Virus record (IMG/VR): IMGVR_UViG_2597490083_000007
DNA length: 28,049 nt
Strand: one strand, 5' to 3'
Source of the DNA: a virus
Lineage: Duplodnaviria; Heunggongvirae; Uroviricota; Caudoviricetes
Part shown: piece by piece, positions 10,320 through 20,161 of the stretch
Layout: the number at the start of each line of letters is the position of its first letter
Position numbering within the stretch: the first letter of the stretch is position 1
Notes under the pieces: generated by a model
What the model saw: only the letters and a program-made list of their open reading frames with translations
Database searches by the model: none
What the model was told of the DNA's origin: nothing
Made by a program: the position numbers and the translations under genes

Positions 10320-11018
10320 TTACTGAGAAAGTTTATTGATGGAAAGGAAACCGCCGAAATTACCGGTATTGTTGCGCAACTCACACCCGCGCATACACTT
10401 GCTGCATTTGTCCTTCCGGATATCCGTTGTTGGTTTGTCGAACTCGTCAGCCACTGCCCTGCCCGTGTAACCACACTCATCAGAACGGTAAGTCCACATA
10501 CAGGTATTCGCCAGCATGATACGCCCCGGGAAAACCGCGCCATCCGTCTCCGTTGGTGTGGCCAGCACAAAAGAGGCACTGACCGCGCTCAGTTCGCTGC
10601 ACTGCTCGATGCGCCAGCGGCTGATCACCTCCTGTTCCGGATCGGCGTCGCTGTTTCCGTTGACGAAGTTCACCGCATCCAGAAAACGGGCGTAAACCTT
10701 ACGCCGGACCACCGTTCCGCCGACCAGACTCTGCAGATCTTCCGCCATCCCGGTGACCATGCCGTGCAGGTTAGAGACCGTCAGTGTCGGACGGGCAGCA
10801 CAGCCCCTGCCGTTCAGTTCAAACCCCGACCCCTGAATGGGGTATGCCTGATACTGCCGCCCCTGCCAGGTGACCGGCTCACCTTTTTCGTTCTGCTCAT
10901 TACAGAAAAAATAACGCTCACCACCGACCTCTGTCAGATCGATTTCCCAGAGCTCCACCCGGGCTGACTGCTCCGCACGGGTGCATTCATTCAGTGTTTC
11001 CTGCCGGATATCCTGCAT
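10320..11018 (-). CDS. L: Minor tail protein L
   Basis: 232 aa; MQDIRQETLNECTRAEQSA... collinear with lambda L; ATG start confirmed. Confidence 0.9.
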   Translation of the reverse strand: MQDIRQETLNECTRAEQSARVELWEIDLTEVGGERYFFCNEQNEKGEPVTWQGRQYQAYPIQGSGFELNGRGCAARPTLTVSNLHGMVTGMAEDLQSLVGGTVVRRKVYARFLDAVNFVNGNSDADPEQEVISRWRIEQCSELSAVSASFVLATPTETDGAVFPGRIMLANTCMWTYRSDECGYTGRAVADEFDKPTTDIRKDKCSKCMRGCELRNNTGNFGGFLSINKLSQ

Positions 11019-11347
11019 CAGTTCACCACCTGTTCAAAATCGGCCGTTACAGTCACCCATAACGCCCCCACGCTTGCCGACCATTTACGACAAACCACCC
11101 TGATCAGTTTCCAGTCATAAGGTGGCGTCCACTGAAATGCGCGGACGCCACCGTGCCGTTCCAGAAAGGCTTTTAAAGATGGGTGTTCACCTTTACGAAC
11201 ACGTATCGTCACGCTGTAAGTCGACAACTGGTTATTCAGTCCCGCCGCACGACGCTGTTCATAACCATCGCCCAGCTTCACTGTCACCACTTTCGGCTCT
11301 GATACCACATTCATATCCGGGCGCACTTTCCAGTGAAACGTCTCCAT
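11018..11347 (-). CDS. M: Minor tail protein M
   Basis: 109 aa; METFHWKVRPDMNVVSEPKV...; ATG confirmed; start overlaps the H stop. Confidence 0.9.
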   Translation of the reverse strand: METFHWKVRPDMNVVSEPKVVTVKLGDGYEQRRAAGLNNQLSTYSVTIRVRKGEHPSLKAFLERHGGVRAFQWTPPYDWKLIRVVCRKWSASVGALWVTVTADFEQVVN

Positions 11348-14300
11348 TACCGGTATGCTCCACTTAACCGGCCACCATCACGGGCCTGCTGTTGCATAAA
11401 GTCCGCGGCCGCTTTTTTCCCGAGGTCATAAACCACCTTCAGGGCAGCCGGACCTATCTGCCCGTTCGTGCCGTCGTTATTGATCTCAATGTTGTACTGC
11501 GGGGCAAACATCACCATGCCTGAACCACCAGTATCCGCCACAACCCCCAGCTTACCATCAGCACCGCGACGCAGTGGCAGAATGGCTTCAGGTCCCGCTT
11601 CCCCCATCACACCCGCGCCTTTTGCAAAAGCAAAAAACGTCGGACGGTTAACCACCGTGCCACTGTAGCGACTCAAATCAGCAGACTGGTAAACACCGCC
11701 ATCAGCATTAGTCGTGAAGCCGAATAAAGAACCGACGCCCTTTACCGCCTGCATCATGGCCATCTGTGCCATAATTCTGGCCATATCTGACAACAGGGAA
11801 GAGGTGAAGGATTTAAAATTCAGCTTACCGGTGGTACAGAATGTCGCCAGTGCATTACCGGCACTGCTGAATGCCACTGTAAACATCTGTTCTGCCGTTC
11901 CCGCCGCATTATCCGCATCCGCCGTAAAATTCTGAAACGCCCGCATGGCACCGTTTTTCCAGTCGCCCTGCGCCACTTCCAGTTCCTGCCAGTAGCGTTT
12001 GTTTTCATTCAGTTGTCGCTTCAGGCTCCCCTTCAGCACCTCCTCAGCCCTCCGGTAGTCCTCCGTCCCGTAAGTGCCTTTCTGGCGACTGTCATTCTCA
12101 AGCTGTTGCAACTGTTGCCGGTATTCCTGCCGGATGCGCAACTGTGCCTGGTAGCGCTGCCGCTGCTTATCCCCCATACCTGCAGTGGCAATATCCAGAT
12201 TGTGCTGCTCACGCAGTGCACGTTCTTTGTCTGCCAGCTGGCTGGTCAGCTGAACCGTTTTTTTTCTCAGGTCGTTAAGCGCTGTCTGTTTCTGCAGCTC
12301 CTGCTGTTTCACATCCAGCAGCGTCAGCGCCTGAATCAGCTCATTCTTACGGGCCAGCACACTCTTTTCATCTGCCGTCAGCTTTTTCCCGTCCAGGTCG
12401 CTGATGCGCTGCTGCAGGGCCAGAAGCTGTTTATGCGCTTCAGTCATCCTTTCAGTGGCAATGCCTGCTGACTGTCTGGCAGCAGCAATCTGCCCTTCCA
12501 CCTGTGCCTGCTGCTGACTGTACTGCAGCAATAACCGGGTGGCCTCATCATTACGGGTTGCCCGTGTATTTTTCTTAATGGCTTTTTCGTAACGTTCATT
12601 TTCACGCTGTATCGCCGCATCCCTGACAGCCTGGTCGGCGTACTGCATGGCATTAATACGCGCAATTTCCCGCTGATGTCGTGCAGCTTCCGTTTCATTC
12701 ATCCGGTTCAGCGCGGCATTTTCAGCATTCCGGCGTTTCTGTTGCTCCTGGTAATTCCGTTCTGCCTGCGCTTTTGCATCCTGCAAATCCTTCCGGCGTT
12801 TTTTCTCCTGAAGATCGTTAAGACGCTGCTGATCGTACTCCACCTGTGTGGAGGCGTTTGTCCACGGATATTTTTTCGCGCGCTGAATTTTTTCCTGTAA
12901 CGCATCAATCTGCGCATCCAGCGAGTCTTCACGACCAATATTCATGGCCGCATCCCAGAACTGCTTCCACCAGTCAGACAAGGTTTGCAGCGTACTACCC
13001 AGCGCATTGAGATTATTATCAATATCAGATGTGCGTTTACCGGTTTCCTCTGCCAGCGCAGACATGGCGATCCGGGCCGCATCACTGGACCGCCCCTGCT
13101 CCCCAAGGACGCGTATCTGCTCAAGCTGAGTGGCATTCAAAAAATGCAGCGCATTGTCCAGCGCCTTCGCGGCATTTACAGGATCATCCTTCAGCCGCTT
13201 AAACTGATTTATGGTATCGCTGACCGACTGGCCAACCGATCGCTCCATCTGTGCGGCAGCTTTCGCCACCATACCAATATCGTTTCCATGAAATGCCCCA
13301 CTGCCCACCACCTGTGCCAGCGCACCGGCTGCCGCATGTTGCGTGATACCATTCCCGGATATGGCCCGGCTGAGTTTCCACAACTGCCCGACAGTGACAC
13401 CGGCATAATGTCCCGTCAGCGCCAGCTGACGGTTAAATTTCTCGCCCTCCTTCCGTCCGTCATGCCAGGCTTTACCCAGACCCAGGACCGCCGCGACAAG
13501 TCCGCCAATAACGCCGCCAGTCATCATGCCTTTCGGCGACATCAGTGCGCCTGTCCATCCGGCACGGTTAGCCAGCGTTATCCCGGATCCCCTCAGCGCA
13601 CCAAAATTGCCTCGCGCCATCTGACTGATTAACACCCCCAGCTCCCGCCGGGCTGCCGCACTTTTCAGCCCCAGCGAATGTGTGGCTTTTCCTGCCCGCT
13701 CCATTTTGCGGATATACACTTCTGCAGCACTGCTTACCCCCAGCTGAGCCGCCCTGGCGCGAAGCAACTCAGAAGACGACAGATTCTGGCGGGTTGCCTG
13801 CTCTTTAAGCTGGCGGATAAACGCCGCTTTCTGCCGGGTGGCCTGTTCCTCTGCCTGCGTCAGGGCACGGGTTTTCGCCGTGATCTCCGAAATCAGCGCC
13901 AGATAATCCTGCTGACCAACCCCGCCACTGTTTCTGGCCTGTCGGATCTGCTGCTGAATACGCTGTAATTCCTGAAGCCCCGCACCGGCCTGTTTCACAC
14001 TGTCAATCTGGCGATAAAAGGCGGCAGCCGCTTTATCCTGCGCCTCCGCCAGTGCCCTGGCCTGCGCCTGTTCCTCGCGCATTTTCTGATTCAGGGCATC
14101 CACGCGCAGACGGGTTTGTTCCACCTCACGGGCCATGCGTTCATGAGCCCGTGCATTCTTCTCCACCGTCTGCGCATGGGCTGATGCTGCTGTTGCAGCC
14201 GAAGAAGCCGCCTGCATTGTCTGCCGGGCCGCCTGAGTCTGACGCTCCATAAAACGCTGCATACGGGCAGAAGACCGTTCTGCATCGCTGGCTGCACCAT

Positions 14301-14388
14301 TCAGAAGGTTTTTGATACGGGGAATTTCATTTTTAAACTCTGCCGCATCAATCCCCAAATCAATGACCAGGTTGGCTATCTGGTCCAT
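11347..14388 (-). CDS. H: Tail tape measure protein H
   Basis: Start set at the ATG (MDQIANLVIDLGID...) preceded by a GGAGGTG Shine-Dalgarno; the C-terminus NNDGTNGQIGPAALKVVYD...DGGRLSGAYR matches lambda H. About 1013 aa versus 853 aa in lambda. Confidence 0.9.
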   Translation of the reverse strand: MDQIANLVIDLGIDAAEFKNEIPRIKNLLNGAASDAERSSARMQRFMERQTQAARQTMQAASSAATAASAHAQTVEKNARAHERMAREVEQTRLRVDALNQKMREEQAQARALAEAQDKAAAAFYRQIDSVKQAGAGLQELQRIQQQIRQARNSGGVGQQDYLALISEITAKTRALTQAEEQATRQKAAFIRQLKEQATRQNLSSSELLRARAAQLGVSSAAEVYIRKMERAGKATHSLGLKSAAARRELGVLISQMARGNFGALRGSGITLANRAGWTGALMSPKGMMTGGVIGGLVAAVLGLGKAWHDGRKEGEKFNRQLALTGHYAGVTVGQLWKLSRAISGNGITQHAAAGALAQVVGSGAFHGNDIGMVAKAAAQMERSVGQSVSDTINQFKRLKDDPVNAAKALDNALHFLNATQLEQIRVLGEQGRSSDAARIAMSALAEETGKRTSDIDNNLNALGSTLQTLSDWWKQFWDAAMNIGREDSLDAQIDALQEKIQRAKKYPWTNASTQVEYDQQRLNDLQEKKRRKDLQDAKAQAERNYQEQQKRRNAENAALNRMNETEAARHQREIARINAMQYADQAVRDAAIQRENERYEKAIKKNTRATRNDEATRLLLQYSQQQAQVEGQIAAARQSAGIATERMTEAHKQLLALQQRISDLDGKKLTADEKSVLARKNELIQALTLLDVKQQELQKQTALNDLRKKTVQLTSQLADKERALREQHNLDIATAGMGDKQRQRYQAQLRIRQEYRQQLQQLENDSRQKGTYGTEDYRRAEEVLKGSLKRQLNENKRYWQELEVAQGDWKNGAMRAFQNFTADADNAAGTAEQMFTVAFSSAGNALATFCTTGKLNFKSFTSSLLSDMARIMAQMAMMQAVKGVGSLFGFTTNADGGVYQSADLSRYSGTVVNRPTFFAFAKGAGVMGEAGPEAILPLRRGADGKLGVVADTGGSGMVMFAPQYNIEINNDGTNGQIGPAALKVVYDLGKKAAADFMQQQARDGGRLSGAYR

Positions 14389-15084
14389 AACGCACACCTC
14401 CGGAAATACCTTCCCCAAGATGCATCAGTTCTTCGTCCGTTCGCTCCGGTATCCCGTTCTCTTCCGGTAAAAGGCTGAAATCAGCCACCGCAGCATCGCT
14501 GCTGCCGGACACCATTCTCACGATCAATGCCTTCAGCGAGGCAAACTGCGCATCCATCCACACATCACTGAAGCTCTGCATCCGGAAATAATCGCCCCAC
14601 TCACCAAGCTCAGTGGCCGACATATCCGACAGCATCCGCCGCCAGTCTGCCCGCCGGAACTCCCGGGCAAGCCGCATGACAAACTGCATTTCCCGCGTCA
14701 GGACTTTTCCGGCGTCAGCGCCTCATGATCATCATCCCCGGCATTCTCAATGGTCCCCATACCGCTCAGCGACAGAACCCTCTCCGCCCCCGCGCCCAGC
14801 GCATCATACGACCATGTTGTCATAATGGATGCGCAAAGCGTCTCAACATCCTGAGACTGCTCAGCATTCCACAGTGAGCGGGAAACCAGCCAGGCATTGA
14901 TATCCATTCCCATACGCAGAAAAGCAATCTGTCGTTCAGCCTCCGGCAGTTCTCCCTCCTGTGCATCAAACTTTGCCGTTCGCTGCTGAACAAACGTCAG
15001 ATATTCAATTCTCTGCAGCCCGGACAGCTCACTGAGCACCACGGACTGTTTTTCATAATTAAACGTATCCTGTTTCAGAAACAT
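14360..15084 (-). CDS. T: G-T fusion tail assembly chaperone made by programmed -1 ribosomal frameshift
   Basis: The T reading frame (14360-14689) is in the -1 frame relative to G and stays open across the G 3' end; after a -1 shift at the slippery site the reading continues ...VLTREMQFVMRLAREF.... Same arrangement as lambda G/GT. Confidence 0.7.
14698..15084 (-). CDS. G: Tail assembly chaperone G
   Basis: MFLKQDTFNYEKQSVVLSELSGLQRIEYL... resembles lambda G; ends ...EALTPEKS. Starts at 15084 or 15087 are both possible. Confidence 0.85.
   Translation of the reverse strand: MFLKQDTFNYEKQSVVLSELSGLQRIEYLTFVQQRTAKFDAQEGELPEAERQIAFLRMGMDINAWLVSRSLWNAEQSQDVETLCASIMTTWSYDALGAGAERVLSLSGMGTIENAGDDDHEALTPEKS
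14704..14710 (-). other. Candidate -1 frameshift slippery heptamer G GAA AAG at the G 3' end
   Basis: Minus strand reads CCG GAA AAG TCC TGA. Lambda uses G GGA AAG at the homologous position, so this is a one-base variant; the A AAG lysine slip is retained. Confidence 0.55.
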
Positions 15085-15142
15085 CATGTTCTCCGGATGC
15101 AAAAAGCCCCGGATAACCGGGGCAATGATGAGTATCGTCCTG

Positions 15143-15883
15143 TTATGGTGCGCTGACGGTCACCGCAGCCACTGCCACAAACTCTCCGTCAGAGGTCATG
15201 CCCACGATGCTGACACTGCCCTGCTTCACGCCTTTCACCGTGGCCACAAGCCCGCTCAGGGTCACCGAAGCAGTCTGAGGATCTGACGAATGCACACTGA
15301 TCGCTTTGTCACTGGCCCCGTCAGGTTTTACTGTAAAGGTCAGTGTGGTGGTTGCTCCCGCTTTGACACTGACAGATGCCGGTGCCACCGTCAGTCCGGT
15401 AACACCCACGGTTTCAGTGCCTTCCTCTGCCAGATACGGACGCCCCACACCGCTGATTTTCACAGTGCGGGTCATCACGTCTTTTGAGGCAATGGTTTTA
15501 CCCAGTGAGCTCAGCCAGCCGCGGAAAACATCAACAGTGCCGTTGGGATATTTGATACGAAACGCGCAGACTTCACCGGAGTCGAACAACTGAACCAGTT
15601 TTTTCTGCCCGCTGTCACCCGGACGCCAGGCCAGCGTCGCCGAAGTATCACCAACGGATTTCTGCCCCTGGGTTGTCGTTTTCCAGTCTGCATCTTCATC
15701 ATCGAGATAAGTGTCATCTTCTGCATCAGCGGTCATTTCGCCAGGTTGCAGATCCTTCACCATCGCAAGACGCAGCCAGTCAGTGTCCGACAAAGGGTTC
15801 GCAAACGCATCGCCGTTGCCGGTATACATCCAGAACGTCGTCCCCGCACCTTTCGTCTTTGCCAGTGGATTTGGTGTGGTCAT
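15143..15883 (-). CDS. V: Major tail protein V
   Basis: Start at internal ATG (MTTPNPLAKTKGAGTTFWMYTG...) with a perfect AAGGAGGTG Shine-Dalgarno; 246 aa, collinear with lambda V. Confidence 0.9.
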   Translation of the reverse strand: MTTPNPLAKTKGAGTTFWMYTGNGDAFANPLSDTDWLRLAMVKDLQPGEMTADAEDDTYLDDEDADWKTTTQGQKSVGDTSATLAWRPGDSGQKKLVQLFDSGEVCAFRIKYPNGTVDVFRGWLSSLGKTIASKDVMTRTVKISGVGRPYLAEEGTETVGVTGLTVAPASVSVKAGATTTLTFTVKPDGASDKAISVHSSDPQTASVTLSGLVATVKGVKQGSVSIVGMTSDGEFVAVAAVTVSAP

Positions 15884-15893
15884 TACCACCTCC

Positions 15894-16295
15894 TTAATTC
15901 GTGTACGTGATCTGGTACGTGATTTCCGCCATCGCCCAGGTAGCCATCTCATTATCACGTTGATAGTTAAAACCGAGTGGGTTCAGGGTGTCGATGAGTC
16001 CGGAAAGTGCCGGTACATCATTCAGGGCCGGGAAAATGGTGCTCTCCATCCACATATCCAGCTCTGAATCCGGTGCCTGTGCCCGGATGAAGACGGCAAT
16101 ATGCAGAACAGCCTGCCAGTCATCTTCATCCGTCATTTTTCCGGTGTACTGAGCATCACTCAGCCACACCGCCACGGCAGGCAGTTCCTGCGCATCAATA
16201 AATGCCGGAAGCCCGTCAAAAAACGTGGCGCTGTCTCCACACTGTTCCCGAAGGCGTGCCAGCACGCTCTGACGGATTTGTGTGTGTCGGTTCAT
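15894..16295 (-). CDS. U: Tail tube terminator protein U
   Basis: 133 aa; ATFFDG...PAVAVWL...ELDMWMES pattern matches lambda U; ATGA overlap with the Z stop. Confidence 0.9.
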   Translation of the reverse strand: MNRHTQIRQSVLARLREQCGDSATFFDGLPAFIDAQELPAVAVWLSDAQYTGKMTDEDDWQAVLHIAVFIRAQAPDSELDMWMESTIFPALNDVPALSGLIDTLNPLGFNYQRDNEMATWAMAEITYQITYTN

Positions 16296-16882
16296 TTACT
16301 CAGATGTAACCTCAGTTGTTGTTTCAGGGCATACCCCAGCTGTTTCGGCATTTCCGCAGCAATGATGCGGTCGCGGGCATCTTCAAATGCCTGTGTCAGC
16401 GGTCCGGACAGCGGGATTTTCACTACCTCCACAGGAAGACGATTTTTTCTTAGCCTGCCCTGATGGTCATGCCCTGTTGCAAAACGCGCTTCAGGAAGAC
16501 ACCTCAGAACATGCCAGCGGCCATTCGCCAGTTGCTGAACAAATGCCCCCCGGAAAAAGTATTTTCCCACTCTCAGTCCTTCACCAGCACGCCGCCGTGT
16601 TGTGTTCAGTTTGATGGCGGGCGGATTGCCCCGGTTAACGCGGATCCTGGCCGTCATTTTTCCTGACGGACTGGCTTTAAACACCCGGACACGCTGACGT
16701 ACCAGTTTCAGGGGGATCCCTTTCACCTGGTTATCGCCCGCAACGGTATTCCCGGCAACCTGCCGGGTGGCAACCGAGACCGCTTTCTGTGCCACACGGT
16801 TTATCGCCCATGCGCTGGCCTGTGGCACCATACGGGTATCAAGGCTGTTCAGATTGCGGATGGCATTCTCAAGCCCCTTCAT
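16292..16882 (-). CDS. Z: Tail completion protein Z
   Basis: 196 aa; position and size as lambda Z; ATG confirmed. Confidence 0.85.
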   Translation of the reverse strand: MKGLENAIRNLNSLDTRMVPQASAWAINRVAQKAVSVATRQVAGNTVAGDNQVKGIPLKLVRQRVRVFKASPSGKMTARIRVNRGNPPAIKLNTTRRRAGEGLRVGKYFFRGAFVQQLANGRWHVLRCLPEARFATGHDHQGRLRKNRLPVEVVKIPLSGPLTQAFEDARDRIIAAEMPKQLGYALKQQLRLHLSK

Positions 16883-17240
16883 AATATCGTCCTGCCCTTA
16901 CGTTTCCCGGCAGCCCCTCACGCCGCAACCGGATATAACTACATCCGCCATCATCAGGGGTGATACGATCCACACAGAAAGACTCACGACCAATCATCAG
17001 CGAATCATTGCGACACAGCCGTAAAATATCTGCTGTTTTCACAAACAGGGATGGTAAAGAGTCTTCAATACGCACACCGCCGGCCACCAGAGAAATATTT
17101 TCAGGATCATCAAAAACCCCGGAAATCATGATCCCTTTTAGCCGGCCTGACGTAATGACCGCTCTAATCCCCATATTGCGAATAATGGCCTTGTCTGCGA
17201 GATCAAGTGCAACATCAAACAGATTATCGAAATCAGCCAC
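16869..17240 (-). CDS. FII: Head-tail joining protein FII
   Basis: MADFDNLFD...GVFDDPENIS...PSLFV... matches lambda FII; apparent GTG start with a GGGAGG Shine-Dalgarno. Confidence 0.9.
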   Translation of the reverse strand: MADFDNLFDVALDLADKAIIRNMGIRAVITSGRLKGIMISGVFDDPENISLVAGGVRIEDSLPSLFVKTADILRLCRNDSLMIGRESFCVDRITPDDGGCSYIRLRREGLPGNVRAGRYYEGA

Positions 17241-17251
17241 GCTGCCTCCCG

Positions 17252-17653
17252 TTATTGCATTCTGGCCAGGCCACGTTCTGTCATTCCGGCTGCCACACCG
17301 GCAAAGACACGGAACGCCATTCCCGGCGGCACAAATGCCAGAGGTTCATCCCGCGTGGCATGAAGTGCATCGGTATGCAGCGTCACCAGTGCCACGACTG
17401 TAACCAGATCATCCATATTCTGAATCACGGTCTCCGGCTGCGCTGATATCACCTCATTTTCATGTCCGGTCAGCGCATTTTCCGGGTGGGCAGACTTATC
17501 CCGGATGTCAGTGTCATCCATATTGGCAAGTTCCTCCTCCAGCTCAGCCACACGCTGCGCAATATCTGCTGCGCTTCCCGAGATATCCGGCTCACGTCCC
17601 AGCGATGCTGCCAGTTCTCTCAGACGTTTCAGGTTATCGTCTTTCTTTGCCAT
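17252..17653 (-). CDS. FI: DNA packaging / head assembly protein FI
   Basis: C-terminus ...LVTVVALVTLHTDALHATRDEPLAFVPPGMAFRVFAGVAAGMTERGLARMQ matches lambda FI; ATG confirmed. No E (major capsid) gene lies upstream. Confidence 0.85.
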   Translation of the reverse strand: MAKKDDNLKRLRELAASLGREPDISGSAADIAQRVAELEEELANMDDTDIRDKSAHPENALTGHENEVISAQPETVIQNMDDLVTVVALVTLHTDALHATRDEPLAFVPPGMAFRVFAGVAAGMTERGLARMQ

Positions 17654-17699
17654 ATCTGTTCCTGTCCGAATAAAAAACGGGAGCCCGCCGTTACTTTAT

Positions 17700-19380
17700 T
17701 CGTACCCCTTATAATGGGGTGTTAGCCAGCCAGACCCGGCATGATTACTGCCCCCAGTCGTCCATGATCCGGGGGGTGATGTCACCGGGTCTGGTGGGGC
17801 GCTGGTAACCGCTAATAGGGGTCAGGTCAGGCACTTTTGCCGGGACCGTCTGTAACGTGGATGCCGGTACCTGCTCCCCGTGGTTATCTGGTTAACCCAT
17901 ATACAAGGGAGACAGAATGACCGAATCCAGCGATTACGAATCCGTCCTGGTCTTTATCGGCGTTGATGTCGGTAAAGATACGCATCACGCTGTTGCCATT
18001 AATCGTTCAGGTAAACGCCTGTTCGATAAAGCATTACCCAACGACGAAAACAAACTCAGGTCGCTAATATCTGACCTGAAACAACATGGTCAGATACTGC
18101 TGGTTGTTGATCAGCCAGCTACCATCGGTGCGTTACCTGTCGCCGTTGCCCGCTCAGAAGGAGTCCTTGTCGGATACCTCCCTGGACTGGCCATGCGCCG
18201 CATAGCCGACTTACACGCCGGTGAAGCTAAAACTGATGCTCGTAACGCTGCCATCATTGCCGAAGCTGCCCGTACCCTGCCTCACGCGCTACGCACGCTG
18301 AAACTGGCTGACGAGCAAATCGCCGAACTCTCCATGCTCTGCGGCTTCGATGATGATCTTGCCGCACAGACAACGCAGGCCAGCAACCGTATCCGCGGCC
18401 TTCTGACCCAGATACATCCGGCACCGGAGCGCGTTCTCGGTCCGAGACTTGAGCACCCGGCGGTACTCGATCTTCTCCAGCGATATCCCTCACCAGAAAA
18501 ACTCGCTTCGCTGGGTGAGAAGAAGCTGGCAGCCCAGCTCTGCAAACTTGCGCCTCGTCTGGGTAAACGCCTTGCAGCAGACATAGCTCAGGCACTGGCC
18601 GAACAAACCGTCGTCGTTCCCGGCACGAATGCCGCTGCCGTAGTACTGCCACGTCTGGCACTCCAGCTCATCACGCTGCGTAAGCAAAGAGACGAGGTGG
18701 CGCTTGAGGTAGAACAGCGAGTTCTTGCTCACCCTCTTTACCCGGTCCTGACCAGTATGCCCGGAGTCGGTGTCAGGACCGCAGCCAGACTCCTCACCGA
18801 GGTCGCCTGCCGCGCCTTCGGCCTCTGCCGCACATCTCGCTGCTTATGCTGGCCTTGCGCCGGTAACTCGGCGATCCGGCTCGTCAATACGCGGTGAGCA
18901 TCCCTCGCGACGGGGTAATAAAGCTCTCAAACGGGCGTTGTTCCTGTCGGCCTTCGCCGCGCTCAGGGATCCGCTCTCCAGGGCTTACTACACCCGCAAA
19001 ATGAGTCAGGGAAAACGACACAATCAGGTGCTTATCGCCCTGGCGAGACGACGCTGCGACGTTCTGTTCGCCATGATGCGCGACGGGACTTTTTATACCC
19101 CGCAGGGGTCATAACATGCTTGACAACTTAATAGGGGCACCCCCCGACAGACCTGTGCTATCGGAAAGAAAAAAGGCCATCAGCAAAACTCTGATGACCT
19201 GAATCACCTTTACCAATATTGTATGAAAAAACACGCACGACTAATTGACAATAATTTTCATTTCCATTAAAAAAGATCGCGTAGCATTCTTAATTCATGA
19301 GGAACTTTACCCGCCAGCAATCTGAGTAGCGAAAGCTGTTCATCCCCAATGTTTTTGCTGGCGGGTCCTTTTTTCTACGG
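17700..19380 (+). mobile_element. IS110-family insertion sequence; boundaries approximate
   Basis: IS110-family elements lack terminal inverted repeats, so the ends cannot be fixed by eye. The element sits exactly where phage head and lysis genes would be. Confidence 0.3.
17917..19114 (+). pseudogene. IS110-family transposase, disrupted by a +1 frameshift
   Basis: Two ORFs in different frames (17917-18897 and 18770-19114). N-terminal part has the IS110-type fold (IGVDVGKDTHHAV...); the conserved C-terminal motif AAHLAAYAGLAPV...SG appears only in the second frame. The frame switch maps to about 18817-18821 (TTCGGCC, apparently one extra G). Confidence 0.75.
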
Positions 19381-19813
19381 TCCTCCTCCCCGGAGGGGGG
19401 CATTTCATTATTTTTCTAATCGTTACTGGTGAGAAGGCGGAAGAAAAAGCCAGTTCTTCGCCCCTAAATAACAGCATGATTCCAGTCCATGCAAAATCTG
19501 ATTTCCAGCTCACACATACCGAGCGCTGTACAAAAAACCGCCAGCCAAGGCAGTTAAGAGTGTGTTCCCGGGGTTTGCTTAGAATATTTTGTAAGTTGTC
19601 CGAAGAGATATTTACAACACCAGAATGATGAATCATCAGTCCCCTGCCAGAGGTTCACTACGTAACCTGACCGACAATGCACCATTCTGGTGCTGAAAAA
19701 AGAGCACTGGAACTGCAACAAAACAACATCACAGAACAGGAGATGGTAAGGAGTCAGACATTCCCACACAATATTGTGTCAGTGCAAATAACAACCTTCG
19801 TCTCAAATCTCGC

Positions 19814-19888
<75 letters not shown>

Positions 19889-19891
19889 ATA

Positions 19892-19967
<76 letters not shown>

Positions 19968-19969
19968 GC

Positions 19970-20046
19970 TGGCCCACCACCGAGGACTCGAACCTCGGAC
20001 CGTCAACTTAGAAGGTTGATGCTCTATCCGGATGAGCTAGTGGTGG
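19970..20046 (-). tRNA. tRNA-Arg (anticodon UCU, reads AGA)
   Basis: 77 nt with a perfect cloverleaf: acceptor CCACCAC/GTGGTGG, D-stem GCTC/GAGC, anticodon stem TCAAC/GTTGA with loop CTTCTAA, T-stem CGAGG/CCTCG, CCA encoded. Unusual C1:G72 first base pair. Confidence 0.75.
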
Positions 20047-20047
20047 T

Positions 20048-20123
20048 TGGTGGCCCTTGCTGGACTTGAACCAGCGACCTGGCGATTATGAGTCGCTCGC
20101 TCTCACCACTGAGCTAAAGGGCC
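20048..20123 (-). tRNA. tRNA with CAU anticodon (Ile2/lysidine type or elongator Met; Ile2-like by resemblance)
   Basis: 76 nt: acceptor GGCCCTT/AAGGGCC, anticodon loop CTCATAA, T-loop TTCAAGT, CCA encoded. Resembles enterobacterial ileX-type tRNA as far as I recall it; lies 1 nt from the next tRNA. Confidence 0.8.
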
Positions 20124-20132
20124 GGAGGCAGA

Positions 20133-20161
20133 ATAATAACCATATGTCATCACATCTGCAA
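20133..20161 (-). promoter_or_regulatory. Candidate sigma70 promoter for the tRNA cluster
   Basis: Minus strand TTGCAG - 17 nt - TATTAT, with the -10 hexamer ending 9 nt before tRNA position 1. Confidence 0.35.

Noticed and set aside
12013-13632. Several plus-strand ORFs (152 aa, 215 aa and others) inside the tape measure gene
   Set aside because: All are antisense to H, Leu/Cys/Arg-rich, with no recognisable motifs; treated as frame artefacts.
19115-19813. Possible stx or other toxin genes downstream of the tRNA cluster
   Set aside because: This is where stxAB sits in Stx phages, but the ~700-bp stretch has no credible ORF on either strand; only short low-complexity frames.
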